DNA from: an uncultured Flavobacteriales bacterium
Lineage (GTDB): Bacteria > Bacteroidota > Bacteroidia > Flavobacteriales > BACL11
Assembly: GCA_950069165.1 (NCBI GenBank)
Contig: CATMIT010000001.1
Span: 320-64,319 of the forward strand
Reading direction: 5' to 3'
DNA: 64,000 nucleotides
Position 1 is the stretch's first letter, and each line of letters opens with the position of its first letter. Below are positions 20,801-29,056 of this stretch, in pieces. The translations under genes were made by a program, and so were the position numbers. Under the pieces are notes generated by a model. That model saw nothing but the letters and a program-made list of their open reading frames with translations, was not told where the DNA came from and did not search any database.

Positions 20801-23800
20801 GTAGCGCTCCCATCACTAAATCCAAAACAGAAAACCGAATCCATAACAAAAGAATCCGTAACAAGTGCTGCAGGTTCATTTACTATAATAGTAGCACTTA
20901 CCATACAACCATTAAAATCTGTTACATCAACCGAATAATTTCCTGCTGACATATTTGCAGTTTGAGTCATTGCCCCATTAGACCATAAATAAGAATATTG
21001 TAAAACTCCACCACTAGCATTAACTGTTGCTGTTCCATCATTACCTCCATTACAAAGCACATCAGTGGAAGTAATTGATAGAATATACAAACTATCTGGC
21101 TGAGTCATTGTGACAGATGTTGAAGTATCTACACAACCATTAGTATCGGTTACTATTACTGAAAAAGATCCAATACTTAATCCTGTGGTAGTTTGTGTAG
21201 TTTGTAAGTTTGACCAACTATAAGAATATCCTGGTGTTCCACCAGAATGATTAACTGTAATATCTCCATCAGATCCTCCATAACAGCTTACTTCATTTAT
21301 TGTAAATGAATCAATAACTAAAAGAGCCGGTTCTAAAACAAAAACCGAATCTCTCTCCACACAGCCATTAGAATCTCGAACAGTTACAAAATAAGATGCC
21401 TGTCCAGAAGGACCATATTGCACACCCGCATTTTGCCAAGTGCTTCCACCATTAATACTAAACTGATAAGGGGTTGTCCCTGCTGTTGCGGATGGAGTAA
21501 TCATACCATCACCTGCTCCAAAACAACTTACATTCTGAACTGCAACAGATAAAATTGGCTGAGGGATTTGCTGCACAATAATAGTATCATACGCCATACA
21601 TCCATTATCATCCGTTACAATTACGGTATAAGTTCCGGCAACTAATAGACTCATATTTGCAGTAGTAGCTCCTGTATTCCAAAGATAAGAATAGTTTGGA
21701 GTTCCTCCGCTTGCAACTACCTCAGTAGTTCCGTTTGCTACAGTCCCTCCACACATGGAAGAAGTAGATGAAACAGAAGTTGTTAGCTGTGTTGGCTCTC
21801 CTATTATAACTGTATCAGGAGGATAAATTGTACATCCATTTGCATCTGTAACTGTTAGCCAATAAGTCCCAGCAGACAGACCTCCAATACTATCGGTTGT
21901 TGCTCCTGTACTCCAAGCGTATGAATAGGTAGGCGTTCCACCAGAAATTGTCGCAACTTCAGCAGTTCCTGAACTGCCACCATTACAAAGCACATCAGTA
22001 GAACTAAGTGTAAATATTATCTCGGATGGTTCCGAAATCTGCACTGCCATACTATCTGTACAGCCATTTACATCATTTACAAAAATGATATAATTCCCTG
22101 CAGGTAGTCCATAAAAAGTAGAATCGTTTTGAGGATTTACAGCATCAATATAGAACCAATAAGTCCCAGGACCAGAACCTCCAGTTGCTGAAACAGAAGC
22201 AACCCCAAGTGAATCTCCGAAACAAGGCACCATAAAAAGGGAATTAGCAGAATCTAATTCTAGATTTACAACTGTTGGCTCAGTTACATTTACCGTATCA
22301 CTTGTTAAACATCCGCTTCCATCTGTTATAATTACTACATAAATTCCGGCAGCTAACCCTGTAGCAGTTGCTGTATTTTGGGAATTAGGATCATCCCACT
22401 GATATGTGAGCGGAGAGGCGTAAACTCCAGTGACTACCACTGTTGCTGTCCCATAATTTCCTCCATTACAAGAAACATCTGTGGTAGAAGAGGAAAGGGT
22501 CATGTTTGTACCTAGAACAAAGACATCATCTGCTATGGTACAGCCATTAGTATCGGTAACGATAACTGTATAAGTACCTGTCGATAAATTATTGGCAGTG
22601 CTAGTAGTTTGTCCTCCAGGATTCCATGAGTAAGTATAAGGCATAACTCCTCCTCCAACTATTGCTATTGCTTGTCCGTCTCCTGCACCACAATTCTCCA
22701 TTATAGAATCCATTTGTAAAGTTAGAATTGGAGGTTCAGTAAGTAGAATACTGCCCTGAGAAGTACAACCATTGGCATCTGTTGCGTTCACAGTAAGTAA
22801 ATTATTGGCACATTGTCCATTAAAATTAGAAAATGACTGAGAAGCTCCACCATTTAAAGAATATAAATAAGATGGTACTCCCCCTGTTGATGTTACATGA
22901 ATATTTCCATTACAATCTCCATTACAAGCTAAATCAAATCCATTATAACTTGAAGTGGTAGTTAAGGCAATGGAATAAGGGTTTGGCTCAGAGATAGTAA
23001 TACTTACCGTTTTCGTACATCCATTAGCATCTTGAGCTATAATTGTATATGACCCTCCTGCCAAATTGGGAAAGAAGGTATAAGTTCCGAAAGTTCCTCC
23101 ATTAATAGAATAAGTGTAAAGTGGCGTTCCGCCATTTACAGAATCTACAGAAATTGTTCCATCAGTTGCGCCATTACAACTCACGCCCCAACCGTTATAA
23201 TTGCTCACACTTAGATATAAATTCAATGAATCTGGTTGATTCAAATACAAAGAATCCGTAAATGTGCAATCATTTATATCTTGAACAGTTATGTTATAAT
23301 CAGTATCGCCACAAAGTTGGCTAAAAGTGGCTGAATTTTGATAAGATCCTCCATTCAGTGAATATTGATAGATTGGTGTCCCTGGCGAACTAGGATCTAC
23401 AGTAAAGGTGATTTGCCCATTACAATAACTATTACAAGAAATTGCAGATGAAACGGAAACAGTTCCACTTAAATCTGGTGGATCTTGTAGTATAAGAGTA
23501 TCAGATGTTTCGCAACCATTTATATCTCTGTATGTTATTATGTGCTGACCAGATGATAGACCCTGAAAATAAGGATTAGAGGAAAAAATTCCTCCATTTA
23601 TCGAAAATTGAACAGGAGGGGTTCCTCCTGATATTACCTGTGCTAAAATTGTTCCATTACTACCACCAAAACAGCTAATATCCTGCCCATTATAGTTAGA
23701 GGAAATAATAGAATTTGGCACTAATGCCGGAGGTGAAGTAATTGTCTGGTTTCTGGTTTTTGTACAGCCATTGGCATCCGTTATTATTACTTGATATGCT

Positions 23801-24840
23801 CCTGCTGGAACATTTAAAAAGTCAATAGCATTAGCTACAATTGGTGTACTAGGACCATTATTTAATGTTACAGAATAAGGAAGTACTCCTCCAAAAACAT
23901 TTAAATGCAAATCGGCTACACTATCTCCAAAACACAAAGAAGGACTTGTAGTAGTAAATGTTGGCATAATATTTGGAGGTTGTGTTATATTAATAAAGGC
24001 TTGTGCTGTACATGTGCCAGAGGTATCGGTTACTGTTACTCTATAATTATTTGCCGGTAGCAATGTGAATGTCGCAGTATCATAAGTAGTTTGTGTACTT
24101 AATTGATACCAATTCCCAAAAATATTATACTCTAATAAATAAAGAAATTGGGTATTCCAAAAAGCGCCACCAAGGGTTATTACCTGAATTGTAGCATAAT
24201 CACCAAAACACACTATGGTATCTGTTAAATTAATAGAAGCACTCAAACTGCTACCAGTAATATTAAATGTTTCTGTAGGGCAGTTGGTAGTGCTTGTCCC
24301 GTCATTATAATTAACGGTATAAGTTTGATTTCCTGCACATAAATTAGAGGTAACTGCCGGCAGAGTTTGAGATGCCCCTCCATTTACTGAAACCCCATAA
24401 GTATAGCCAGGAAATTGTTGATTAATATTTATTGTTGAAGTTACATTACAATTTGTAGAATCACACACAAGTGGTGGATTCAAACTATTGTTAACAATTG
24501 GTTCTAAAATTTCGAAAGTATCGGAAACCATAGTAGCTGGGCAAGAACCTGAAAGGGACTGGGTGCCAACAACCACATACAATCCTGCAGCCAAGGTGCT
24601 TACTGATGTTATTGTAGGGCCACTGCCATAATTTTGCCCATTGGTTAAATTATCCCAAGAATAATTAATATATGGTGTTTGTGTTAAATTAGCAAATCCA
24701 TCTGATCCTCCTGGACATGTTACCTGAGTAATATTTGCAGTATCCACAATAATATCACATTGTGCATACGTATTATTTGCACCTAACAATCCAACTAATA
24801 GACCTAAATAAATTATAACACTCCTTCTTTTCATAAGCAT
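17893..24840 (-). CDS. Giant (2315 aa) SprB-repeat cell-surface adhesin with a T9SS type B (gliding-motility-associated) C-terminal sorting domain
   Basis: Signal peptide. There are about 22-24 tandem modules of about 75-80 aa, each ending in a [TD]D-x-[NGK]-G-C motif. The C-terminus ISPNGDGYNDFWEIEDIDRYPDAVIEVYNRWGSLLF..WDG..LPIGTYYYII matches the type B CTD. Confidence 0.9.
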   Translation of the reverse strand: MLMKRRSVIIYLGLLVGLLGANNTYAQCDIIVDTANITQVTCPGGSDGFANLTQTPYINYSWDNLTNGQNYGSGPTITSVSTLAAGLYVVVGTQSLSGSCPATMVSDTFEILEPIVNNSLNPPLVCDSTNCNVTSTININQQFPGYTYGVSVNGGASQTLPAVTSNLCAGNQTYTVNYNDGTSTTNCPTETFNITGSSLSASINLTDTIVCFGDYATIQVITLGGAFWNTQFLYLLEYNIFGNWYQLSTQTTYDTATFTLLPANNYRVTVTDTSGTCTAQAFINITQPPNIMPTFTTTSPSLCFGDSVADLHLNVFGGVLPYSVTLNNGPSTPIVANAIDFLNVPAGAYQVIITDANGCTKTRNQTITSPPALVPNSIISSNYNGQDISCFGGSNGTILAQVISGGTPPVQFSINGGIFSSNPYFQGLSSGQHIITYRDINGCETSDTLILQDPPDLSGTVSVSSAISCNSYCNGQITFTVDPSSPGTPIYQYSLNGGSYQNSATFSQLCGDTDYNITVQDINDCTFTDSLYLNQPDSLNLYLSVSNYNGWGVSCNGATDGTISVDSVNGGTPLYTYSINGGTFGTYTFFPNLAGGSYTIIAQDANGCTKTVSITISEPNPYSIALTTTSSYNGFDLACNGDCNGNIHVTSTGGVPSYLYSLNGGASQSFSNFNGQCANNLLTVNATDANGCTSQGSILLTEPPILTLQMDSIMENCGAGDGQAIAIVGGGVMPYTYSWNPGGQTTSTANNLSTGTYTVIVTDTNGCTIADDVFVLGTNMTLSSSTTDVSCNGGNYGTATVVVTGVYASPLTYQWDDPNSQNTATATGLAAGIYVVIITDGSGCLTSDTVNVTEPTVVNLELDSANSLFMVPCFGDSLGVASVSATGGSGPGTYWFYIDAVNPQNDSTFYGLPAGNYIIFVNDVNGCTDSMAVQISEPSEIIFTLSSTDVLCNGGSSGTAEVATISGGTPTYSYAWSTGATTDSIGGLSAGTYWLTVTDANGCTIYPPDTVIIGEPTQLTTSVSSTSSMCGGTVANGTTEVVASGGTPNYSYLWNTGATTANMSLLVAGTYTVIVTDDNGCMAYDTIIVQQIPQPILSVAVQNVSCFGAGDGMITPSATAGTTPYQFSINGGSTWQNAGVQYGPSGQASYFVTVRDSNGCVERDSVFVLEPALLVIDSFTINEVSCYGGSDGDITVNHSGGTPGYSYSWSNLQTTQTTTGLSIGSFSVIVTDTNGCVDTSTSVTMTQPDSLYILSITSTDVLCNGGNDGTATVNASGGVLQYSYLWSNGAMTQTANMSAGNYSVDVTDFNGCMVSATIIVNEPAALVTDSFVMDSVFCFGFSDGSATVYVSGGVTPYTYLWDNGDNTAFADSLDAGYHIITITDFNNCVHTDSVEVLEPAAPVSIDSLIVAQISCKDASNGSIVVLATGGTPSYVYSKDGGNTYQTAIGFIGLSPATYNIVVKDNKGCTASMMQTITEPDSLLIDSVIFQHVSCNGYNNGYIQNIYPFTGGGAAGGTGPYMYSVNGSVPVSHLANFNGYGPGTYTVEVFDDHNCVVADIIIIEQPQPLNTTITTSDYNAYEIRCNGDSTGWITVSVSGGVVPYTKTLTNAQGDTVQTNYFPLNNFSNISLNAGLYTLNIVDANGCVKQQFITMTQPDPIQHNIVTTHVTCDGWSNGRITDSVFGGVPGYTYLWAPNGETTYTITSLLVGFYSITVTDANNCESTAGTFVNDNDRLIATVTNKQDVSCYGYCNGFIEVAITGGMPFFDSNGNPIYTNIWDDPLSQITSTSIGLCANNSTLSTVYTDTITDAIGCVYIITQSITQPSELEVTASVLDGVSCYSENDGKLKAVATGGTPTGSSYTYDWNTGVTTTGVFSTLSNIGTGSYVVIATDANGCMDTTEIYLGEPTDLSVDVTSTNVSCFGFDDGTITANPTGGTPISPSGTYTYSWSPGGQTTQTATALAPGIYEVTVTDSKGCTVTSSNVLITQTASPLIVTADSTDETCLMDDGTAIANVFGGTTPYISYLWSPTGQTTQTVTGLSPDLYSVTVTDTNGCVESASTYVNAVDAIFLPDFIDYFTDTICLGDNITLSVVDNPTFTYSWNTGQVTPTITVTPTAPRTDYILTVVDSARNCSFSITASIWAPQLPIVPYGLANGETYSYPLDVPIKLNDNVVLGSAYSYLYYLWSNGETTKEINVSPEVSTTYYIMVQDAQGCQGYDSIRVVVGVMVYDGISPNGDGYNDFWEIEDIDRYPDAVIEVYNRWGSLLFSVKGDTYNDNKWDGTHEGSPLPIGTYYYIINLNNNSDLQSGAITIIR

Positions 24841-24978
24841 GATTTATTCCTTTATTAAAGTTTTGCAAGATACAAATAAATTAAATATTTAATAAAATTG
24901 ATTTTAGAATATTTGTTTGCCTTGAAATAAAAAAATATCTTCCGTTTTTTTAGGTATTTTTTCAACTTCTTTTTTTTA

Positions 24979-24986
24979 TATATTTG
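24979..24986 (+). promoter_or_regulatory. Candidate Bacteroidota -7 promoter element (TAnnTTTG) for the glycosyltransferase gene
   Basis: TATATTTG lies 27 nt upstream of the ATG at 25013. No clean -33 TTG was seen. Confidence 0.3.
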
Positions 24987-25012
24987 CGCAAAATTAAATT
25001 GAAAAAATATAA

Positions 25013-26122
25013 ATGAAAATTGCAATTTTAGGCACTAGAGGTATTCCAAATAATTATGGAGGGTTTGAGCAATGTGCAGAATATTTATCGGTTGGTTTGG
25101 TGGGAAAAGGACATGATGTAAGTATTTATAATCCTAATTTTCATCCCTACAAAGAAAGCAGTTTTAAAAAAGTAAAAATCATAAGAAAAGCAAGCCCTCA
25201 ACAGTACTTTGGAAATTCTGTTTCTAATTTTATTTATGATTATTTCTGTTTGAAAGATGCCGTAAAAAGAGATTTTGATATTATACTTGAATTGGGCTTA
25301 ATCACTTCTTCTTTATCAATTATCTTTTGCAGACATAGAGGAAAGATTATTGTCACAAATTTAGATGGATTAGAGTGGAAAAGATCGAAATGGAATAAAA
25401 TTGTGCAAAAAATAACCAAAACTTTGGAAAAATATGGCGTGATGTTTTCAGATTATTTAATTGCAGACAATATTGGTATGCAAAAATATATTTGGGAGGA
25501 ATACAGCAGAGAATCTGAGTTAATTGCTTATGGTACAGAAAATAATAAGGAGCCAAATCCAAATTGCTTAAAAGAATATGGATTAGAGAGAAATACCTAT
25601 TTGCTATCTATTGCTCGATTAGAACCTGAAAATAATTTGGAAATGATGTTTGATGCTTATGTAAAAAGTGAAATAAGCAATCCTTATTTTGTAGTTGGAA
25701 ATCATTTAACTTCTCATGGCGATTTTTTAAAAGACAAGTACCGAGATTCTGGTATCCTTTTTTTAGGAGGAATTTTTAATAAAGACCATTTGGATAATAT
25801 CCGTTTTTATTCCAAATACTATTTGCATGGCCATTCGGTTGGAGGTACTAATCCATCACTATTGGAAGCAATGGCGACAAAAACTTTTATTCTTTCGCAT
25901 GATAATCGTTTTAATAAATCAGTGATTGAAGAAAATGCTTTTTACTTTTCAAATTCTGAGGAATTGGTCAGTTTATTAAAAAATGAAAACTTAACAAATC
26001 AAAAAAAAACTTTTGCATTAAATAATTTAAAGAAAATTGATAGCGTTTATAGATGGGCGATTGTTGTGGCCCAATACGAATCCTATTTTAAAAGAATTCT
26101 AAAAGAATCTAATCGACAATAA
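25013..26122 (+). CDS. Glycosyltransferase family 1 protein with a DUF1972-type N-terminus
   Basis: N-terminus MKIAILGTRGIPNNYGGFEQCAEYL, C-terminal GT-B motif GGTNPSLLEAMA. Confidence 0.75.
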   Translation: MKIAILGTRGIPNNYGGFEQCAEYLSVGLVGKGHDVSIYNPNFHPYKESSFKKVKIIRKASPQQYFGNSVSNFIYDYFCLKDAVKRDFDIILELGLITSSLSIIFCRHRGKIIVTNLDGLEWKRSKWNKIVQKITKTLEKYGVMFSDYLIADNIGMQKYIWEEYSRESELIAYGTENNKEPNPNCLKEYGLERNTYLLSIARLEPENNLEMMFDAYVKSEISNPYFVVGNHLTSHGDFLKDKYRDSGILFLGGIFNKDHLDNIRFYSKYYLHGHSVGGTNPSLLEAMATKTFILSHDNRFNKSVIEENAFYFSNSEELVSLLKNENLTNQKKTFALNNLKKIDSVYRWAIVVAQYESYFKRILKESNRQ

Positions 26123-27233
26123 ACAAATCAGATGCAATCGCATCCGCAAATATCTTCCCTGATTTTGTAAGCGTGTAAGTGTTTTTGCATTTCTTTATAT
26201 TCTTTTTCCTCTCCCATTTTTTTATTTCTTTAAGAAAATGAATTTGCTTGCCAAATCTTTCTTTGATTATTTCTAAATTTGCACCCCAAATGGTTCGTAA
26301 GGATGTGAAAACATATTCATTGTATTGTTGAGAAATGCTGAGTTTCTCTGTTTCAAAATAATCTTCTCCTTTTTTTATTTTCTGTATATATTGTTTGTTG
26401 GAAGATACATTCCAACTTCTACTATTTCCGTTGAAAGAATGTGCAGAAGGCCCTACGCCAAGATAATGTTTATTTTTCCAATAAGAAGTATTGTGTTTGG
26501 AATAAAAACCCGCTTTGCCAAAGTTGGAAATTTCATAATGTACAAATCCCTTTTGCTGAGCAAGTTCCATTAAAATGTTGAACTGTTCGATTACTATTTC
26601 GTCTTTTAAAGGGATTATTTTCTTTTGTTCAACTAAATGCTTTAAAACCGTTTTCTCTTCAATGGTAAGTGCGTAAGAGGAAAAATGTGGAATATCTAAT
26701 GCAAACATTTTATTCAAATTCTTCTTCCAATCCGCTAAAGATTGATTTGGCAAACCATAAATTAAATCAATAGTAATATTGTTAAAGCCTACTTGCTGAG
26801 CCATTTGTATGCAACTTTCGGATTGTGTGGCATTGTGTGAACGATTCATAAATTTCAAATCGGCATCAACAAAGGATTGCACACCAATACTCAACCTATT
26901 TATTCCAACTTCTTTTAATGCTATTAACTTATTTTTAGTCAAATCATCCGGATTGCATTCCAAAGTAATTTCTGCATTTTCTTTTATTTTGTAGATATTG
27001 GAAATAGAATCTAAAATAGATTTTATTTCACTTTTACTTAAAATAGATGGCGTTCCGCCACCAAAATAAATGGTCTCAATTGTTTTATTTTTTAAGTACG
27101 ATTGACGTAATTCTAATTCCATTTTGATGCATTTTAGCATTTCCTTCTTGTCCTTTTGCGAAATTCTGAAATGAAAATTACAATAAGTACAAGCTTGTTT
27201 ACAGTAGGGAATATGTATGTAAATGCCTGCCAA
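26109..27233 (-). CDS. hemW: Radical SAM heme chaperone HemW (HemN-like, oxygen-independent coproporphyrinogen oxidase family)
   Basis: IYIHIPYCKQACTYCNF (CxxxCxxC), GGGTPS, HemN_C-like tail. The apparent start codon is TTG. Confidence 0.85.
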   Translation of the reverse strand: MAGIYIHIPYCKQACTYCNFHFRISQKDKKEMLKCIKMELELRQSYLKNKTIETIYFGGGTPSILSKSEIKSILDSISNIYKIKENAEITLECNPDDLTKNKLIALKEVGINRLSIGVQSFVDADLKFMNRSHNATQSESCIQMAQQVGFNNITIDLIYGLPNQSLADWKKNLNKMFALDIPHFSSYALTIEEKTVLKHLVEQKKIIPLKDEIVIEQFNILMELAQQKGFVHYEISNFGKAGFYSKHNTSYWKNKHYLGVGPSAHSFNGNSRSWNVSSNKQYIQKIKKGEDYFETEKLSISQQYNEYVFTSLRTIWGANLEIIKERFGKQIHFLKEIKKWERKKNIKKCKNTYTLTKSGKIFADAIASDLFIVD

Positions 27234-27313
27234 AGTATTTTTGTAAAAAGTTTTGCTAATATAAAAAAGGAATTACTTTTACCGCAATTAAGATTAAATC
27301 TAAATAAAGAAAA

Positions 27314-28476
27314 ATGAAAAAAATCAGTTTGTCTGTAGCGGTTGTTTTTACAATGATAACTGTAACAAAAGCACAAAACAGTGCAGAAAAAATTATTGCA
27401 GGGAATCAGGGGCTACATATTGGTGGTTATGGTCAAATTGACTTTAATTTACCGACAAGAGATGGTACAATTTACAAAAACGGAACTTTGGATGTGCACC
27501 GCTTTATTACTTTTATAGGGTATAAATTTAACGAGAAGGCTTCTTTTGTGTCCGAAATTGAGTTTGAACATGTTACGGAAGTGTATATTGAACAAGCGTT
27601 TTTGGATTACAAAATTAAAGATAACCTTTCGGTAAGTGCAGGTTTAATGCTTATCCCAATGGGTATTCAAAATTTGTATCATGAGCCCCCAACTTATAAT
27701 GGGGTGGAAAGAACCAATGTGGACAAATACATTGTACCGACAACCTGGAGAGAATTGGGAATTAGTTTGAGCGGAAGAAGTATTGATAACTCTTTAAACT
27801 ATCAATTTATGGTGGTAAATGGCTTTAACGGTTATGATGATGGAGGAAAATTTTCTGGTAAAAGTGGCCTAAGAGGAGGAAGCCAAAAGGAGCAGAATCC
27901 TACATTACTTTTCCTGATTTAGCAGGGCGGATTTCTTACTATGGCCAGCCAGGATTAAACTTAGGGCTCTCCGCTTATGTTGGAGATTCTGAAAGCAAAG
28001 CTTATGATGGATTAGATTTGGCTGATGAAACGGCTGTTGCATCTGCTGATTCAACCATTATTGGTATTCAAATGCTTGGTGTGGATGCGAGATACCAAAA
28101 AGGCGCTTTACAACTAAGGGGACAATATATCATTGCTAATTTATCCAATACTGATCAGTATAATGCTAAATCTTCTACTGACTTGGGAAGTAAAATGACT
28201 GGATATTATGCAGAGCTTGGATACAATATATTAGCAAATTATAATACTACAAATGAGCTAATTTGTTTTGCTCGATATGAAAACTATAACACGCATGCAG
28301 AAGCAGAAAAAGCAACTGTAATAAATGATGCTTACAACAGAACTGACATCACAATAGGATTAGGGTTTAAGCTGGCGCAAGGAGCTATGTTTAAAGCAGA
28401 TTACCAATTATTATCTGATGAGTCTAGTGAAAATAAAAAAGGACAATTTAATTTCGGAACTGCAATTTGGTTCTAA
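27314..28476 (+). pseudogene. Outer-membrane beta-barrel porin-like gene interrupted by a -1 frameshift (two ORFs, 27314-27922 and 27862-28476)
   Basis: The first ORF has a signal peptide and ends ..SGLRGGSQKEQNPTLLFLI*. The other frame is open from 27862 and reads ..KGAESYITFPDLAGRISYYGQPGLNLG.. through to a C-terminal ..GTAIWF. The two frames join at the run CAAAAGG (27884-27890). Confidence 0.7.
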
Positions 28477-28494
28477 ATAAAAGGATTTTGCATA

Positions 28495-29031
28495 ATGCAT
28501 ATTAAAAACAATATAAGTAAGACTGCCACTATTTTAGTGGTTGCTTTGCTTTTTTTCTCATTCAAATTTTCCGATTGGGAATTTGATAAAAAGTATAGAG
28601 CTCTTATTCATAAATCTATTTCTGAAATATTTAATAGTAGCACCTATATTACGGAAGAATTGGAATCTTTTGAGGAGTCCTTTTATACCATAAAAGAAAG
28701 TGAAAAAATTGTAGGATATTTTGTAGTTGCCAAGGCTCCATCCAAATTTCATCAGTTTGATTATTACATTATTTTTAATGCGAAAACGGATATTCTTAAA
28801 ATCGAAATTCTGCAATACAGAGAAAATTATGGGGCAGAAATTTGCAATAAAAGATGGCTTAAAAAATTCAACCATATTTCAACATACAATTATGCAAAAT
28901 ATAATCGTGAAATTGATGGAATTTCAGGAGCAACAATCTCAGTAAATAGTTTGAAAAAAGATGTTTTTCATCTTACAAATGTGTTAAAAGAAAAACTTTT
29001 TAATGATGATAAAAATCATAAAAAATACTAA
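28495..29031 (+). CDS. Membrane-anchored FMN-binding (FMN_bind) domain protein with an ApbE-type flavinylation motif
   Basis: N-terminal hydrophobic anchor and C-terminal IDGISGATISVNSL (Dxx[ST]GA[TS] motif). Confidence 0.7.
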   Translation: MHIKNNISKTATILVVALLFFSFKFSDWEFDKKYRALIHKSISEIFNSSTYITEELESFEESFYTIKESEKIVGYFVVAKAPSKFHQFDYYIIFNAKTDILKIEILQYRENYGAEICNKRWLKKFNHISTYNYAKYNREIDGISGATISVNSLKKDVFHLTNVLKEKLFNDDKNHKKY

Positions 29032-29056
29032 GCGCACATTTGCCTAAATTCTGAAA

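Noticed and set aside
17893-24840. Periodic DNA pattern inside the giant gene considered as a possible CRISPR-like array, DGR variable region or mobile repeat.
   Set aside because: The periodicity is in frame and corresponds to diverged protein modules of about 75-80 aa. There are no identical direct repeats with unique spacers, and no reverse transcriptase or template repeat nearby.
28018-28476. Treating 28018-28476 (TTG start) as an independent 152-aa gene.
   Set aside because: Its frame is open back to 27862 with porin-like sequence that continues the upstream ORF, it has no signal peptide, and the two halves make one beta-barrel. It is interpreted as the C-terminal part of a frameshifted gene.
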